64,000 nt of DNA from an uncultured bacterium (lineage in GTDB: Bacteria; Babelota; Babeliae; Babelales; RVW-14). The notes under the pieces are model-generated. The model was not told where the DNA came from. It made no database searches and saw only the letters and a program-made list of their open reading frames with translations. Made by a program: the position numbers and the translations under genes. Position 1 is the stretch's first letter. Every line of letters starts with the position of its first letter. This document shows, one piece after another, positions 47,755 through 57,190 of this stretch. The stretch covers positions 59,483-123,482 of the forward strand of contig CAVXAT010000004.1 of assembly GCA_963759805.1 (NCBI GenBank), read 5' to 3'.

Positions 47755-48969
47755 ATGAAGTTTAAAAAAATAATTATATTTTTATTTTTGAGTGGATCAT
47801 TTTTGAGTTTAATGGCTGGTAGCTCTGCATTGCAGGGATATTCTGATGACTTGTTTACTAATCTGGACGATAAGCTTTTAATTGCCCAAGGAGAGTTTGA
47901 GGAGATGTACAAGGATCTTTTAGAGAAAAGTTTTTTTTCAGAGGACGAAAAAAAACTTATTTTAGAAGAGACTATCGATACCAATGTTCTTAAAGCAGGT
48001 CCTGTTTTGCTAAATCTTATTGAATGGTTGCAGCGAAATAGGCAGGAAGCCCCTGAAGCGCAGATATTGCTCCATAAACTCGGTCGATATTTTTACTTTG
48101 TGTTTAGAAACTTTGTTAATGAAATAGACGTTGATAAAAAAATTAAGGTGCAATTTTACGACCTTTTGCATGATCTTTACAAGTTTAAGATTCCTAACGA
48201 TACAAGTTCAAATTTTGTATTCCAGCAGTTTAGTTACCCGTTTCGTGCAACGCTTTCAAAGGCTATGCTTTTTATTTTGATTGTGAATTCTACAGATTTA
48301 TCATATAAAGAAAAGGTTAAGCACATTGTGTATTATCTTGATAAAATAAAAAGGGAATTATTTGAGATTAAAAAAGCTTTGTCAGTCTGTTCTTTGAAAG
48401 ATGAAGATATCGATAAATTTATCGAATTTTTGCAGGTATACTCTGTTGCAGAGCCATTATTTAAACCATCATTTTTGAAAACCTTTTTTAAAATAATGGT
48501 TGTTCTTTTTATTATTTTTGTAGTAATTTGTGTTGTAATTTATTTTGTTGTAAAACAGTCAGGGAAACGTGTAGAGGCTTATGCAGAAGACTGGCTTGAA
48601 AAATTAATAGATAGGCTTAATAAAAAGACTGATCAGTCTCGAGCTATAAGATTGTTAGTTAGTTTAGCACAATATGCACTTGACAGTTTGAGATCTAAAG
48701 AACAGGCACAACCCCAAAACGCTGATTTGGCGTCTAACCCTAGTTGGTGGAGTAGATTTACTGGGTGGTTTCGGTCTTCAAGCGCCAAACCGCAAGAGCA
48801 ACCAAAACCGGCAGGTGGTAGCGTGCAGGGAGTTGATTTGGCGCCTAACCCTATATCAAAAAACGTGGATAGTGGGCAGGTAGCTGATCCGGTGTCTAAC
48901 CCTGGAATTTGGAGTAAAATTTCCAGGTGGTTTAGTTGGGACGAGTGGGCTGATGATCCACTAGCGTAA
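47755..48969 (+). CDS. hypothetical membrane protein, tandem paralog 2
   Basis: Shares SDDLF, GPVLLNLI, L..KL.RY.Y..FR.FV, LLHD.YKFK.P and YP F.AT.SKAM.FILI.N with 46561..47733. The tail has Trp motifs (NPSWWSRFTGWF, IWSKISRWFSW). Confidence 0.6.
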   Translation: MKFKKIIIFLFLSGSFLSLMAGSSALQGYSDDLFTNLDDKLLIAQGEFEEMYKDLLEKSFFSEDEKKLILEETIDTNVLKAGPVLLNLIEWLQRNRQEAPEAQILLHKLGRYFYFVFRNFVNEIDVDKKIKVQFYDLLHDLYKFKIPNDTSSNFVFQQFSYPFRATLSKAMLFILIVNSTDLSYKEKVKHIVYYLDKIKRELFEIKKALSVCSLKDEDIDKFIEFLQVYSVAEPLFKPSFLKTFFKIMVVLFIIFVVICVVIYFVVKQSGKRVEAYAEDWLEKLIDRLNKKTDQSRAIRLLVSLAQYALDSLRSKEQAQPQNADLASNPSWWSRFTGWFRSSSAKPQEQPKPAGGSVQGVDLAPNPISKNVDSGQVADPVSNPGIWSKISRWFSWDEWADDPLA

Positions 48970-48992
48970 TTATAAAAAGTTGAAAGGTAAAA

Positions 48993-49655
48993 ATGGAAAG
49001 CAAGAAATTTAAAGGTCGGTTGGAGGTTATTTGTGGGTCAATGTTTTCAGGAAAAACAGAAGAATTACTTCGTCGCTTAAAACGTGCAGAATTTGCAAAA
49101 CAGAATGTTTTAACGATTAAGCACAGTATAGATAAACGAAAAAAGATGACTGATGCGTCAAATATTTATTCTCATGTTGGACGAGAGCGAACCGCATTTG
49201 TTGTTAGTGGTTCCCCAGAAGGGCTGGATAAAATTTTAGAATTTGCCGATAAAGATGTAGATGTAGTTGGCATTGATGAACTACACTTTTTCTCAGAGAA
49301 AATAGTAGAGGTTATCATTAAGCTGATCGACAATGGAAAAAGAGTGATAACTGCTGGGTTGGAACTTAATTTTAGAGGGGAGCCTTTTCCGCTTGTTGCA
49401 ACGTTGATGGCTGTTGCCGATGAAGTTGTAAAATTTAAAGCTATTTGTGTTGTTTGCGGAAAAGAGGCTCATTATACCCAGCGAATTATCAACGGTCAAC
49501 CTGCCAAATACTCTGATCCTATAATTTTGGTTGGCGCTGAAGAATGTTATGAGGCCAGATGTAGAGATTGTTTTAAAATAGATAAAAAGCCATGCATTTT
49601 GCCCGGTGCACTTTCCTCAGACAGTCAGAGTAAAGTTGGCGGACAAAGTGTGTAA
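48993..49655 (+). CDS. tdk: thymidine kinase
   Basis: GSMFSGKTEELLRR P-loop, VVGIDELHFF and C-terminal Zn-binding Cys pairs (CVVCGKEA..CYEARCRDC). Confidence 0.9.
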   Translation: MESKKFKGRLEVICGSMFSGKTEELLRRLKRAEFAKQNVLTIKHSIDKRKKMTDASNIYSHVGRERTAFVVSGSPEGLDKILEFADKDVDVVGIDELHFFSEKIVEVIIKLIDNGKRVITAGLELNFRGEPFPLVATLMAVADEVVKFKAICVVCGKEAHYTQRIINGQPAKYSDPIILVGAEECYEARCRDCFKIDKKPCILPGALSSDSQSKVGGQSV

Positions 49656-49660
49656 AATTT

Positions 49661-51016
49661 ATGCCCAAAACAAAAACTAGTTACCGTTGCACGAACTGTT
49701 CTTATCAAAGTGTAAAGTGGATCGGGTGTTGTCCTTCGTGCAACGAATGGAACAGCTTTTCTGAATCCGTGGATGAACCCAGCGGAATTGGGTTTTTAAA
49801 AAAAAGTAGTAATGCTGTACCTCTTAAAATGGTTCGTCTTGAAGAGATAAAAATTGATTTGCAAACCAGGATGGTTTCGGGAGTTAAAGAGTGGGACAAT
49901 GTTCTTGGCGGAGGTGTGCTTCCCGGTTCGTTTATAATTTTGACAGGAGATCCTGGAATTGGTAAATCAACACTACTACTCCAAATTGCAGATAAAATTT
50001 CGCAACAGAAAAAAGTTGCGTATTTTTCGTCTGAAGAGTCTCTTGAACAGGTTAAAGGCCGTTCTCTTCGACTTGGAATAACAAGCACTAACTTGTTGTT
50101 TTCAGATCAATCAACTCTGGAAGATATAATATTTACTTGCGAGCAGCTAAAGCCGGATTTAGTGATTCTTGACTCAATTCAAAACTGTCATATCTCTTCG
50201 CAATCTCATTCTTATCCCGGAACAGTTGCCCAGATGCGTGAGGCCGCATTTTTTTTGATGCGTTTTGCCAAAGAGAACAACATTGCGGTTTTGATTACCG
50301 GGCATATAACTAAAGATGGACAGATGGCTGGGCCTAAGGTTTTGGAACACATGGTTGATTCAGTTTTTTATCTGCAGGGGGAAGATCGTTGGCAGGTCCG
50401 TGTTTTGCGTTCAGTGAAAAATCGCTTTGGGAATATTAACGAAGTCGGTTTTTTTGAGATGCATGAAAAAGGCCTTGTTGAGATTGGAAACATTAATCAG
50501 TATGTTTTGTCTGAAGCTTCTTACAACCCCGGGTCAGCGCTGGTATGTTGTATCGAAGGGTCTAGGCCAATTTTGCTTGAGTTGCAAGCGTTATGTGTTG
50601 ACTCAAAATTTGGAATGCCTCAGCGTGTCGTTACAGGCCTTGATCCAAAACAGGTGGTTTTGATTGCTGCAATTTTAGAAAAATATCTTCATATTAAATT
50701 TAGTACGCAGGATATATTTTTCAAAGTTAGCGGTGGATTTAAAATTAAAGAGAGCTCTGCTGACTTGGGAATAGCTCTGGCTTTACTTTCAAGTTATTTT
50801 CAGGTTACACTGCCCCAAAAATCGGTTGCAGTGGCCGAAATTAGTCTGACCGGACAGATAAAGCCTATAAACCAAATTGGAGCTGTTATAAAAGAAACAG
50901 AGCGATTTGGGCTTGAAAGTATTCTGCTTTCCAAGAGTCAAAATGTTAAGACTTCATGTAAACGGCTTGGCTTTCAAAATGTTTATGAGTTGTTGGGATT
51001 ATTTCCCGAGAAATAA
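49661..51016 (+). CDS. radA: DNA repair protein RadA/Sms
   Basis: N-terminal zinc finger YRCTNCSYQSVKWIGCCPSCNEWNSF, Walker A GDPGIGKSTLLLQ, KNRFG motif and a Lon-like C-domain. Confidence 0.9.
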   Translation: MPKTKTSYRCTNCSYQSVKWIGCCPSCNEWNSFSESVDEPSGIGFLKKSSNAVPLKMVRLEEIKIDLQTRMVSGVKEWDNVLGGGVLPGSFIILTGDPGIGKSTLLLQIADKISQQKKVAYFSSEESLEQVKGRSLRLGITSTNLLFSDQSTLEDIIFTCEQLKPDLVILDSIQNCHISSQSHSYPGTVAQMREAAFFLMRFAKENNIAVLITGHITKDGQMAGPKVLEHMVDSVFYLQGEDRWQVRVLRSVKNRFGNINEVGFFEMHEKGLVEIGNINQYVLSEASYNPGSALVCCIEGSRPILLELQALCVDSKFGMPQRVVTGLDPKQVVLIAAILEKYLHIKFSTQDIFFKVSGGFKIKESSADLGIALALLSSYFQVTLPQKSVAVAEISLTGQIKPINQIGAVIKETERFGLESILLSKSQNVKTSCKRLGFQNVYELLGLFPEK

Positions 51017-51026
51017 TGAAGCACAA

Positions 51027-52913
51027 TTATTCGACTGTTACAGATTTGGCCAAATTTCTTGGTTTATCAATTGGTAAATTTAATTCACGAGAAATTTGAT
51101 AGACCAAGAACTGCATAAGTCCTGTCATTGCAAGAGGAGCAAGCAAAGGTTTGACTTTTGGAATTATGAAAACTATGTCGGCAAGTTGAATCAGCTCTTT
51201 TTGCCCTTCGAATGCAAATGCAAGCAGATGTCCTTGGCGTGCTTTGACTTCCTGTGCATTGGAAATAAGTTTACGATAAATTAATTCATCAAGTGATGAG
51301 AATATTACGATGGGTGTATGTTCATCCACAAGTGCTATCGGCCCGTGTTTTAGCTCTCCTGCAGGGTAGCATTGCGCAAAAATATAAGAGACCTCTTTTA
51401 ATTTAAGTGCAGCTTCCATTGCAAATGGGTAACTAACATGTCGTCCCAAAAATATGAAGCGATCGTATTTTGAATATTTTGGTGCAAGTTCGGTTATTAT
51501 CTTCATCTTGTAGACATCGATAGCTGACTCAAGAATTTCAGCGGCAACGAACAGATCTTCTTCGGCCTTGGCCATATCATCCCATGCAAGTGTATTGCGT
51601 TCTACTGCCATCCGATGGGCAAGCCAGTAAAGAGAAGCTAGCTGAGTAGAAAAGGCCTTTGTTGAAGCTACTGAAATTTCCGGGCCGGCTTGCATTGGCA
51701 AAAATCCTGTTGACTCGCGTACCATTGAGCTTGTTGAGACATTTGTAAGAGTAATGGTTGGCAATTCAAATGAATTTATTAAGCGTAGACACTCAAGAGT
51801 ATCTGCCGTTTCTCCCGATTGGGAGATAAACAAGAACGCGCAATTTTGTTCCGCAAAAAATGGCATATACCTGAACTCAGAAGCAAGATATATTTTTGTA
51901 GGAATTTTTACGATAACTTCAAAAAAGAACTGAGCAATTCTAGCCGCGTGCCACGACGTTCCAGCGGCAACTATGTGAAGTGTTCTTAGATTTTTTACGA
52001 TATCCGGATTTAGTCCAATCTGTCGCCATAAACATGTGCTGTTGATCGGATGATCCTTGCAATCTGTATCCTTGCTACAGCCGATGGTTTTAAAGAATGA
52101 GATAGTGCGGCTGATTGCCTTTTTTTGTTCATAAATTTCTTTGAGCATGAAGTGCTCGAATTCCTTTTTATCAACAGCCAGATATTTGCTGTCTATCTCT
52201 TGAATTTGAACTTGTAACGGTTGATTATTGAAATCAAATAATTCGATGGAATCCTTTTTTACTATTCCAAAGCATTCATCCGGTAAAAATACCACTTTGT
52301 TTGTTTTATCTGAAAATGCAAGGAGATCTGATGCGACGAAAGACTCGTTTTCACCAACCCCTAAAACCATTGGGGACCTGTGTCGGAAAACTAAAATTTG
52401 ATCTGGATAATCTTCTAAAATAAAAACTAATCCAAATGCACCCTTAATTGAGTTGGCAAGGTGTGTTGCTGCAAGACGTATGTCTTTATATTTATCAATA
52501 TATTTGCTAAAAAGGTGAGCGGCGAGTTCCGAATCTGTTGTTGATAAAAAACTATGTCCCTCGCTCATTAATTTTTGTCGTAACTCATCATGATCCTCAA
52601 TTATTCCATTGTGAACGACGGCAATGTTTTCTTTGCAATTTAAATGAGGGTGTGCATTTTTTTTATCAACTACTCCATGAGTTGCCCAACGAGTGTGCCC
52701 CATTCCTGTAAAACCGTTTAGGCCGGCGCTCTCAGATGCCTTCTTAAGGATGGATACTCCACCGACCTCTTTGCAGACCTGTATATGATTTGTTGAACTA
52801 TCAATGCAAGTAATTCCTGCAGAATCATAACCCCTATATTCAAGTCGAGATAGTCCCTCGATAATAAATTCCCGACAAGGTTTATTCCCTACGTATGCAA
52901 CAATTCCACACAT
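51027..52913 (-). CDS. glmS: glutamine--fructose-6-phosphate aminotransferase
   Basis: MCGIVAYVG N-terminal nucleophile, two SIS domains and a C-terminal ..LAKSVTVE. Confidence 0.95.
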   Translation of the reverse strand: MCGIVAYVGNKPCREFIIEGLSRLEYRGYDSAGITCIDSSTNHIQVCKEVGGVSILKKASESAGLNGFTGMGHTRWATHGVVDKKNAHPHLNCKENIAVVHNGIIEDHDELRQKLMSEGHSFLSTTDSELAAHLFSKYIDKYKDIRLAATHLANSIKGAFGLVFILEDYPDQILVFRHRSPMVLGVGENESFVASDLLAFSDKTNKVVFLPDECFGIVKKDSIELFDFNNQPLQVQIQEIDSKYLAVDKKEFEHFMLKEIYEQKKAISRTISFFKTIGCSKDTDCKDHPINSTCLWRQIGLNPDIVKNLRTLHIVAAGTSWHAARIAQFFFEVIVKIPTKIYLASEFRYMPFFAEQNCAFLFISQSGETADTLECLRLINSFELPTITLTNVSTSSMVRESTGFLPMQAGPEISVASTKAFSTQLASLYWLAHRMAVERNTLAWDDMAKAEEDLFVAAEILESAIDVYKMKIITELAPKYSKYDRFIFLGRHVSYPFAMEAALKLKEVSYIFAQCYPAGELKHGPIALVDEHTPIVIFSSLDELIYRKLISNAQEVKARQGHLLAFAFEGQKELIQLADIVFIIPKVKPLLAPLAMTGLMQFLVYQISRELNLPIDKPRNLAKSVTVE

Positions 52914-52947
52914 TACATTTGTACTCTCGATATTTGAACCAAAAAGA

Positions 52948-53379
52948 TTAACGTTTTACGAATTGGAAGCGCCTACGGGCTGCTTTTTGTCCGTATTTTT
53001 TACGTTCTTTGAGCCTTGAATCAACAGTAAGGAGTCCATGCTTTTTCAAGGAAGGTTTTAAAGCCTCATTCATTTTAAGAATAGCCCTTGAAATTCCGAG
53101 TCTTACTGCCTCTGATTGACTTTTGAGTCCGCCGCCAAAAACATTGACGTTGACATCGAAACTTCTCTCAAGATTGGTTACTTTGAAAGGAAATGTAATC
53201 TTTCCTCTTGAAAGGTCTGTATCGAAATATTTGGTGTAATCTTTGCCATTGATTTCAATAGTTCCTTTGCCTGGTTTCAACCAAACACGGGCGACAGAAG
53301 ATTTACGCCTACCAACACCATGTAATAAGCCCCTTGGTGCAGAAAATGTACGAGTTTCTCTCTGAGATTTAATAACCAT
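52948..53379 (-). CDS. rpsI: 30S ribosomal protein S9
   Basis: GRRKSSVARVWLKPGKGTIEINGK... and C-terminal KKYGQKAARRRFQFVKR. Confidence 0.9.
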   Translation of the reverse strand: MVIKSQRETRTFSAPRGLLHGVGRRKSSVARVWLKPGKGTIEINGKDYTKYFDTDLSRGKITFPFKVTNLERSFDVNVNVFGGGLKSQSEAVRLGISRAILKMNEALKPSLKKHGLLTVDSRLKERKKYGQKAARRRFQFVKR

Positions 53380-53714
53380 TTTTTTTATCTACCCTTAAGT
53401 TTTAACAGTTTTAACGGTTTTTAAAGTACTACTTTTTACTTGCTAAAATACAGTTACAAGCTTAAATATTATCGAATCTTAACGAGTTTGTCAAAATCCA
53501 AAAAAGCGAGTTGTTTTTCGTTTAATATTACATGTTGTAACAGTTGATGGATTTGTTTGATTATGACGCTTGCATTCGGGTATTATGCGAAGTGCTTTTT
53601 TGATTCTTTTAAAAAAATCAAAAAAAGATTGAAAACTTTGTCAAAGTCACTATCATATTTATAAATTTTACTTTAAACTATTTCAGTTAAGTACGGCCTT
53701 TTATATAAGCATAT

Positions 53715-53799
53715 GGGGAGATTCCCGAGTGGTTAAAGGGGACGGACTGTAAATCCGTTGGCTATGCCTTCGTAGGTTCGAATCCTACTCTCCCCACCA
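53715..53799 (+). tRNA. tRNA-Tyr (GTA), CCA encoded
   Basis: Hand-folded. Acceptor ggggaga/tctcccc, anticodon stem acgga/tccgt with loop ctGTAaa, long variable arm, T-arm gtagg-ttcgaat-cctac, then A-CCA. Confidence 0.9.
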
Positions 53800-53925
53800 T
53801 CCTTCGCCCTCGTTTTGCTCGTGGCTACGGATGGCAAGCCAGTCTTCGATGCTATGCAGCTTTCGCCGTCGCATAAAGCTATGGCGGGCACGGCGTCTGG
53901 CGCCCTACATGACTTCCGCGATAGT
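53800..53925. repeat. GC-rich repeat, copy F, abutting the tRNA-Tyr 3' end (possibly the outer left end of the adjacent IS200-like element)
   Basis: A GC-rich island starts at the base after the CCA. ggctacggatgg resembles ggctacgacggatgg of copy B, and ctggcgcc is related to the shared ctggcgcg. Confidence 0.55.
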
Positions 53926-53929
53926 TTTT

Positions 53930-54490
53930 TAGTAAAAGAGCTGAAACCCCCAGGTCTTTCAAGCCTGGGGATGAAAGCTCACCGCTGGCGCGAAGCAAAA
54001 TTAGTTTACTAAATTTTGCGAAGAGCCACTGGAAATGGCATACTATGATACATGGAAAAGTATTGGACAGGTGCGCATACGAAACACAGGCTAATGTATC
54101 ATATAGTATGGATTCCCAAGTATAGAAAAAGAGTATTGAAGGGAAAGGTCGCGGAGCGACTGAAGGAGTTGTTTTTACAGTGCGCAGACGTTAATAAATG
54201 GGAAGTTAAAGAGCTAAGCATTCAAGAAGATCACGTGCATATGCTAATTCAGTTAAAACAAAATATAAGTGTAAGCTATGCAGTTCAGTTGTTAAAGGGT
54301 GGAAGCAGCAAAGTAATTAGGGAAGAGTTTCCGGAGCTTGAAGAGTTCTTATGGGGTGACAGCTTCTGGTCAGATGGATATTTTGCTGAGACGGTTGGTG
54401 AGGTAAATGTGAATAAAGTTAGAGAGTACATAAAAAATCAATAAGGTAGAAGCACCGCGCTTTTAAGCCGGTGCGATTCACTTAATAAAT
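53930..54490 (+). mobile_element. IS200/IS605-family element (tnpA only); boundaries approximate, may extend left to 53800
   Basis: Y1 transposase ORF flanked by subterminal hairpins: ccccagg..cctgggg (53948-53970) upstream and gcaccg..cggtgc (about 54452-54478) downstream. No tnpB. Confidence 0.6.
54052..54444 (+). CDS. tnpA: IS200-type Y1 (HUH) transposase TnpA
   Basis: YHIVWIPKYRKRVL, HVHMLI (HUH), LKGGSSKVIREEFPEL, FWSDGYFAETVG (catalytic Tyr) and REYIKNQ. Confidence 0.9.
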   Translation: MEKYWTGAHTKHRLMYHIVWIPKYRKRVLKGKVAERLKELFLQCADVNKWEVKELSIQEDHVHMLIQLKQNISVSYAVQLLKGGSSKVIREEFPELEEFLWGDSFWSDGYFAETVGEVNVNKVREYIKNQ

Positions 54491-54570
54491 TAATAATTGA
54501 TATGCTATGAAATTCGGATATACTGTTTTTTACCGTACTTTAATAGTAAAATGTTATTGAAATTTAGTGT

Positions 54571-54647
54571 GCGGGAGTAGCTCAATTGGCTAGAGCGACA
54601 GCCTTCCAAGCTGTAGGTTGCGGGTTCGAGACCCGTTTCCCGCTCCA
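54571..54647 (+). tRNA. tRNA-Gly (TCC), CCA encoded
   Basis: Hand-folded. Acceptor gcgggag/ttcccgc, anticodon stem acagc/gctgt with loop ctTCCaa, T-arm gcggg-ttcgaga-cccgt. Confidence 0.85.
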
Positions 54648-54655
54648 GAAGCAGT

Positions 54656-54731
54656 GCTGGCATAGCTCAGTTGGTAGAGCAGCTGATTTGTAATCAGCAG
54701 GTCGCTGGTTCAAGTCCAGTTGCCAGCTCCA
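54656..54731 (+). tRNA. tRNA-Thr (TGT), CCA encoded
   Basis: Hand-folded. Acceptor gctggca/tgccagc, anticodon stem gctga/tcagc with loop ttTGTaa, T-loop ttcaagt. Confidence 0.85.
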
Positions 54732-54749
54732 ATTCAAGCGAGTGTGTTA

Positions 54750-54824
<75 letters not shown>

Positions 54825-54895
54825 TCCAGGACTTACAAAATAATGTAGTAGAGTTTTGAATTTTTTGGGGTTTATAAATTTAGGATTTTGCAGCC

Positions 54896-55054
54896 ATGGC
54901 AAAAGCTAGAACGATCATTCACTTAGAGTGTAAAGATTGCAAAATGAAAAATTACAGCAAGCATGTTTCAAAAAAAAGAGCATTTGCGAAGCTGGAGTTG
55001 AATAAGTATTGTGAGAAATGCCGAAAGCATTGCGCACATAAGGAAACGAAGTAG
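54896..55054 (+). CDS. rpmG: 50S ribosomal protein L33 (Zn-ribbon type)
   Basis: Own translation (below the ORF-track size cutoff): MAKARTIIHLECKDCKMKNYSKHVSKKRAFAKLELNKYCEKCRKHCAHKETK, 52 aa. Confidence 0.85.
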   Translation: MAKARTIIHLECKDCKMKNYSKHVSKKRAFAKLELNKYCEKCRKHCAHKETK

Positions 55055-55062
55055 AAAGAGTT

Positions 55063-55139
55063 AGGCCAGTAGCTCTAATTGGTAGAGCGGCAGACTCCAA
55101 ATCTGCGGGTTGGGGGTTCGAATCCCTCCTGGCCTGCCA
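55063..55139 (+). tRNA. tRNA-Trp (CCA), CCA end encoded
   Basis: Hand-folded. Acceptor aggccag/ctggcct, anticodon stem gcaga/tctgc with loop ctCCAaa, T-loop ttcgaat. Confidence 0.85.
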
Positions 55140-55166
55140 ATATGGACTGGTACTGAAAGGCGGTTT

Positions 55167-55352
55167 ATGAGCAAAGTTATGGCTTTCGTAAACGAAGTTA
55201 GAGCAGAAATTAGAAAAGTTACTTGGCCAACCAAGGATGAACTTATTGGAACAACCATAGTTGTCTGTATCTTGGTTGTTGTTTTTGCTTTTATTTTGGG
55301 GGCCATGGATGGGCTTTCCAGCTTTTTGATTAGAAAAATTATTGGTGGATAA
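55167..55352 (+). CDS. secE: preprotein translocase subunit SecE
   Basis: MSKVMAFVNEVRAEIRKVTWPTKDELIGTTIVVCILVVVFAFILGAMD, a single-TM SecE. The track ORF start (55110) overlaps tRNA-Trp, so I chose the ATG at 55167. Confidence 0.85.
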   Translation: MSKVMAFVNEVRAEIRKVTWPTKDELIGTTIVVCILVVVFAFILGAMDGLSSFLIRKIIGG

Positions 55353-55392
55353 TATTATTAGCATAGTCTTGTTGTGGAGTTTCTGATTTACA

Positions 55393-55911
55393 ATGAAGCG
55401 CTGGTATGTAGTTCAAGTTTTCACGGGATATGAAGATATAGTCAAAGTTGACCTGGAAAAGAGAATCAAAGAGGAATCTTTAGAAGAACTTTTTGGGCAG
55501 GTTCTAGTGCCAACTGGTGAGGTTCTTAGTTTCTTTGCTGATGATAAGACCAAAAAAGAGAAGATTTTCCCTGGGTATCTTTTGATCCAGATGGAAATGG
55601 TTGGCGAGTCATTTAGGCTGGTTTCTTCGAATCCACGAGTTACTCGCTTTTTAGGTGGAGAAAGTCCGGTATCACTTACCGACAAGGAAGTGGATAGAAT
55701 TTTTGCTCAGATGTCCGGCAAACTCACCGTATCTAGCGAAAAGAAGCCATTTGCCGTGGGAGATGAGGTTCACATAAGTAGTGGTCCATTTTCTGGTTTT
55801 GTGGGGAGAATTGATAAGACTGATGAGGAACGTGAAAAGCTTACGGTAATGGTAAGTATTTTTGGAAGACTTACTCCAGTTGAATTGGGTTTTGATCAGG
55901 TTAAAAAATAA
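55393..55911 (+). CDS. nusG: transcription termination/antitermination factor NusG
   Basis: MKRWYVVQVFTGYE.. NGN domain and a C-terminal KOW (GDEVHISSGPFSGFVGRI). Confidence 0.9.
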   Translation: MKRWYVVQVFTGYEDIVKVDLEKRIKEESLEELFGQVLVPTGEVLSFFADDKTKKEKIFPGYLLIQMEMVGESFRLVSSNPRVTRFLGGESPVSLTDKEVDRIFAQMSGKLTVSSEKKPFAVGDEVHISSGPFSGFVGRIDKTDEEREKLTVMVSIFGRLTPVELGFDQVKK

Positions 55912-55950
55912 ATTAAACTAAACATAAACAAACTATAAAGGTTAGTTCAA

Positions 55951-56376
55951 ATGGCAAAAGAAATTAAAGCGAATGTAAAGCTTCAAATTCCTGCTGGAGC
56001 TGCAACTCCAGCCCCACCAGTTGGTTCATCATTGGGACAGCATGGTGTTAATATTATGGATTTTTGTAAAAAATTTAATGCTGCAACAATGAAACGCAAG
56101 GGTGAGACTGTTCCGGTTGTGATTACAATTTACAAAGATAAAACGTTTGATTTTATTCTGAAAACTCCGCCGGTGTCCGAGTTGCTCAAAAAAAGATCGA
56201 ATATTACAAAAGGGGCATCCAATCCAGGAAAAGATACCTCCGGAACAATCAAGTGGTCTTCAATAGAAGAAATTGCCAAAATTAAATTACCGGATTTGAA
56301 CGCTGTTGATATAGAAGCTGCAAAAAAAATCGTTGCAGGCAGCGCTCGAAGCATGGGCCTTAAAGTTATTGATTAG
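55951..56376 (+). CDS. rplK: 50S ribosomal protein L11
   Basis: [35 protein letters not shown]. Confidence 0.95.
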   Translation: MAKEIKANVKLQIPAGAATPAPPVGSSLGQHGVNIMDFCKKFNAATMKRKGETVPVVITIYKDKTFDFILKTPPVSELLKKRSNITKGASNPGKDTSGTIKWSSIEEIAKIKLPDLNAVDIEAAKKIVAGSARSMGLKVID

Positions 56377-56473
56377 TAGTTGTTAAATGTTAGAGTCGAA
56401 TAGCGGTTGAACTGCTTTAGATTTGTGCTTTTGAAATCATCACTTAATTACTTAATAGAAGTGGATTTGAATT

Positions 56474-57166
56474 ATGAGTAATACAGGTAAAAAACATTTG
56501 AAAGCCAGAGAAAAGTTAGCAGGAGCTAATGTCAACTCTTGGAAGTCGGCACTCGATTTTGTCGTCAAAAATGCTCACGCAAAGTTTGACGAGACGGTTG
56601 ATGTTGATTTGGTTCTTGGAATCGATGCATCCAAGGGAGAGCAGACAGTCAGAGGCTCTGTCCTTTTGCCAAATGGTACTGGTAAAAAGGTTAGAGTTTT
56701 AGCTTTTGCAAAGGGAGAGCACGAGGATGCTGCTCGTAAGTCTGGCGCTGATTATATTGGTACAGAAGATCTGGTGCAAAAAATTGAATCAGGTTGGATG
56801 GATTTTGATGTAGCAGTGGCAACACCCGATTTGATGGGTTTAGTCGGAAGGGTTGCAAAAATTCTTGGTCCTCGTGGATTGCTGCCAAACAATAAGATTG
56901 GAACGGTCACTTTTAATCTGACTGGTATTATAACAGATCTTAAAAAGGGTAGACTTTCCTATAGAAACGATAAGTGTGGAATTGTTCATGCCCCGTTTGG
57001 GAAGGTTTCTTTTGGGGTTGACAAATTGCATGATAATCTGGTTGCTTTAATCAGATCTATCCAGGGTTCTAAGCCCGCAACATCAAAGGGAAAATTCCTC
57101 AAAAAACTCACGATCTCTTCAACGATGGGTGTTGGCGTAAGTATCAATCCAGACGAAGTTTCATAA
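56474..57166 (+). CDS. rplA: 50S ribosomal protein L1
   Basis: KFDETVDVDLVLGID...GTGK.VRVLAF...LGPRGLLPN. Confidence 0.95.
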   Translation: MSNTGKKHLKAREKLAGANVNSWKSALDFVVKNAHAKFDETVDVDLVLGIDASKGEQTVRGSVLLPNGTGKKVRVLAFAKGEHEDAARKSGADYIGTEDLVQKIESGWMDFDVAVATPDLMGLVGRVAKILGPRGLLPNNKIGTVTFNLTGIITDLKKGRLSYRNDKCGIVHAPFGKVSFGVDKLHDNLVALIRSIQGSKPATSKGKFLKKLTISSTMGVGVSINPDEVS

Positions 57167-57190
57167 CAGAGTTTATAGAGGGATCAAACA

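Noticed and set aside
47286-47984. 232-aa minus-strand ORF spanning the junction of the two tandem paralogs
   Set aside because: The plus-strand ORFs are mutually homologous and have signal peptides and TM helices. The antisense ORF is low-complexity and crosses an intergenic gap.
52914-52947. glmS ribozyme upstream of glmS
   Set aside because: Only 34 nt separate glmS from the rpsI stop, which is too short for the ribozyme. The two genes appear co-transcribed.
53815-54012. 65-aa ORF in the GC-rich block after tRNA-Tyr, and the similar GC-driven ORFs 11984..12265 (-) and 10509 upstream extension
   Set aside because: GC-rich repeats are poor in stop codons in several frames. These ORFs coincide exactly with the repeat copies and have no independent coding evidence.
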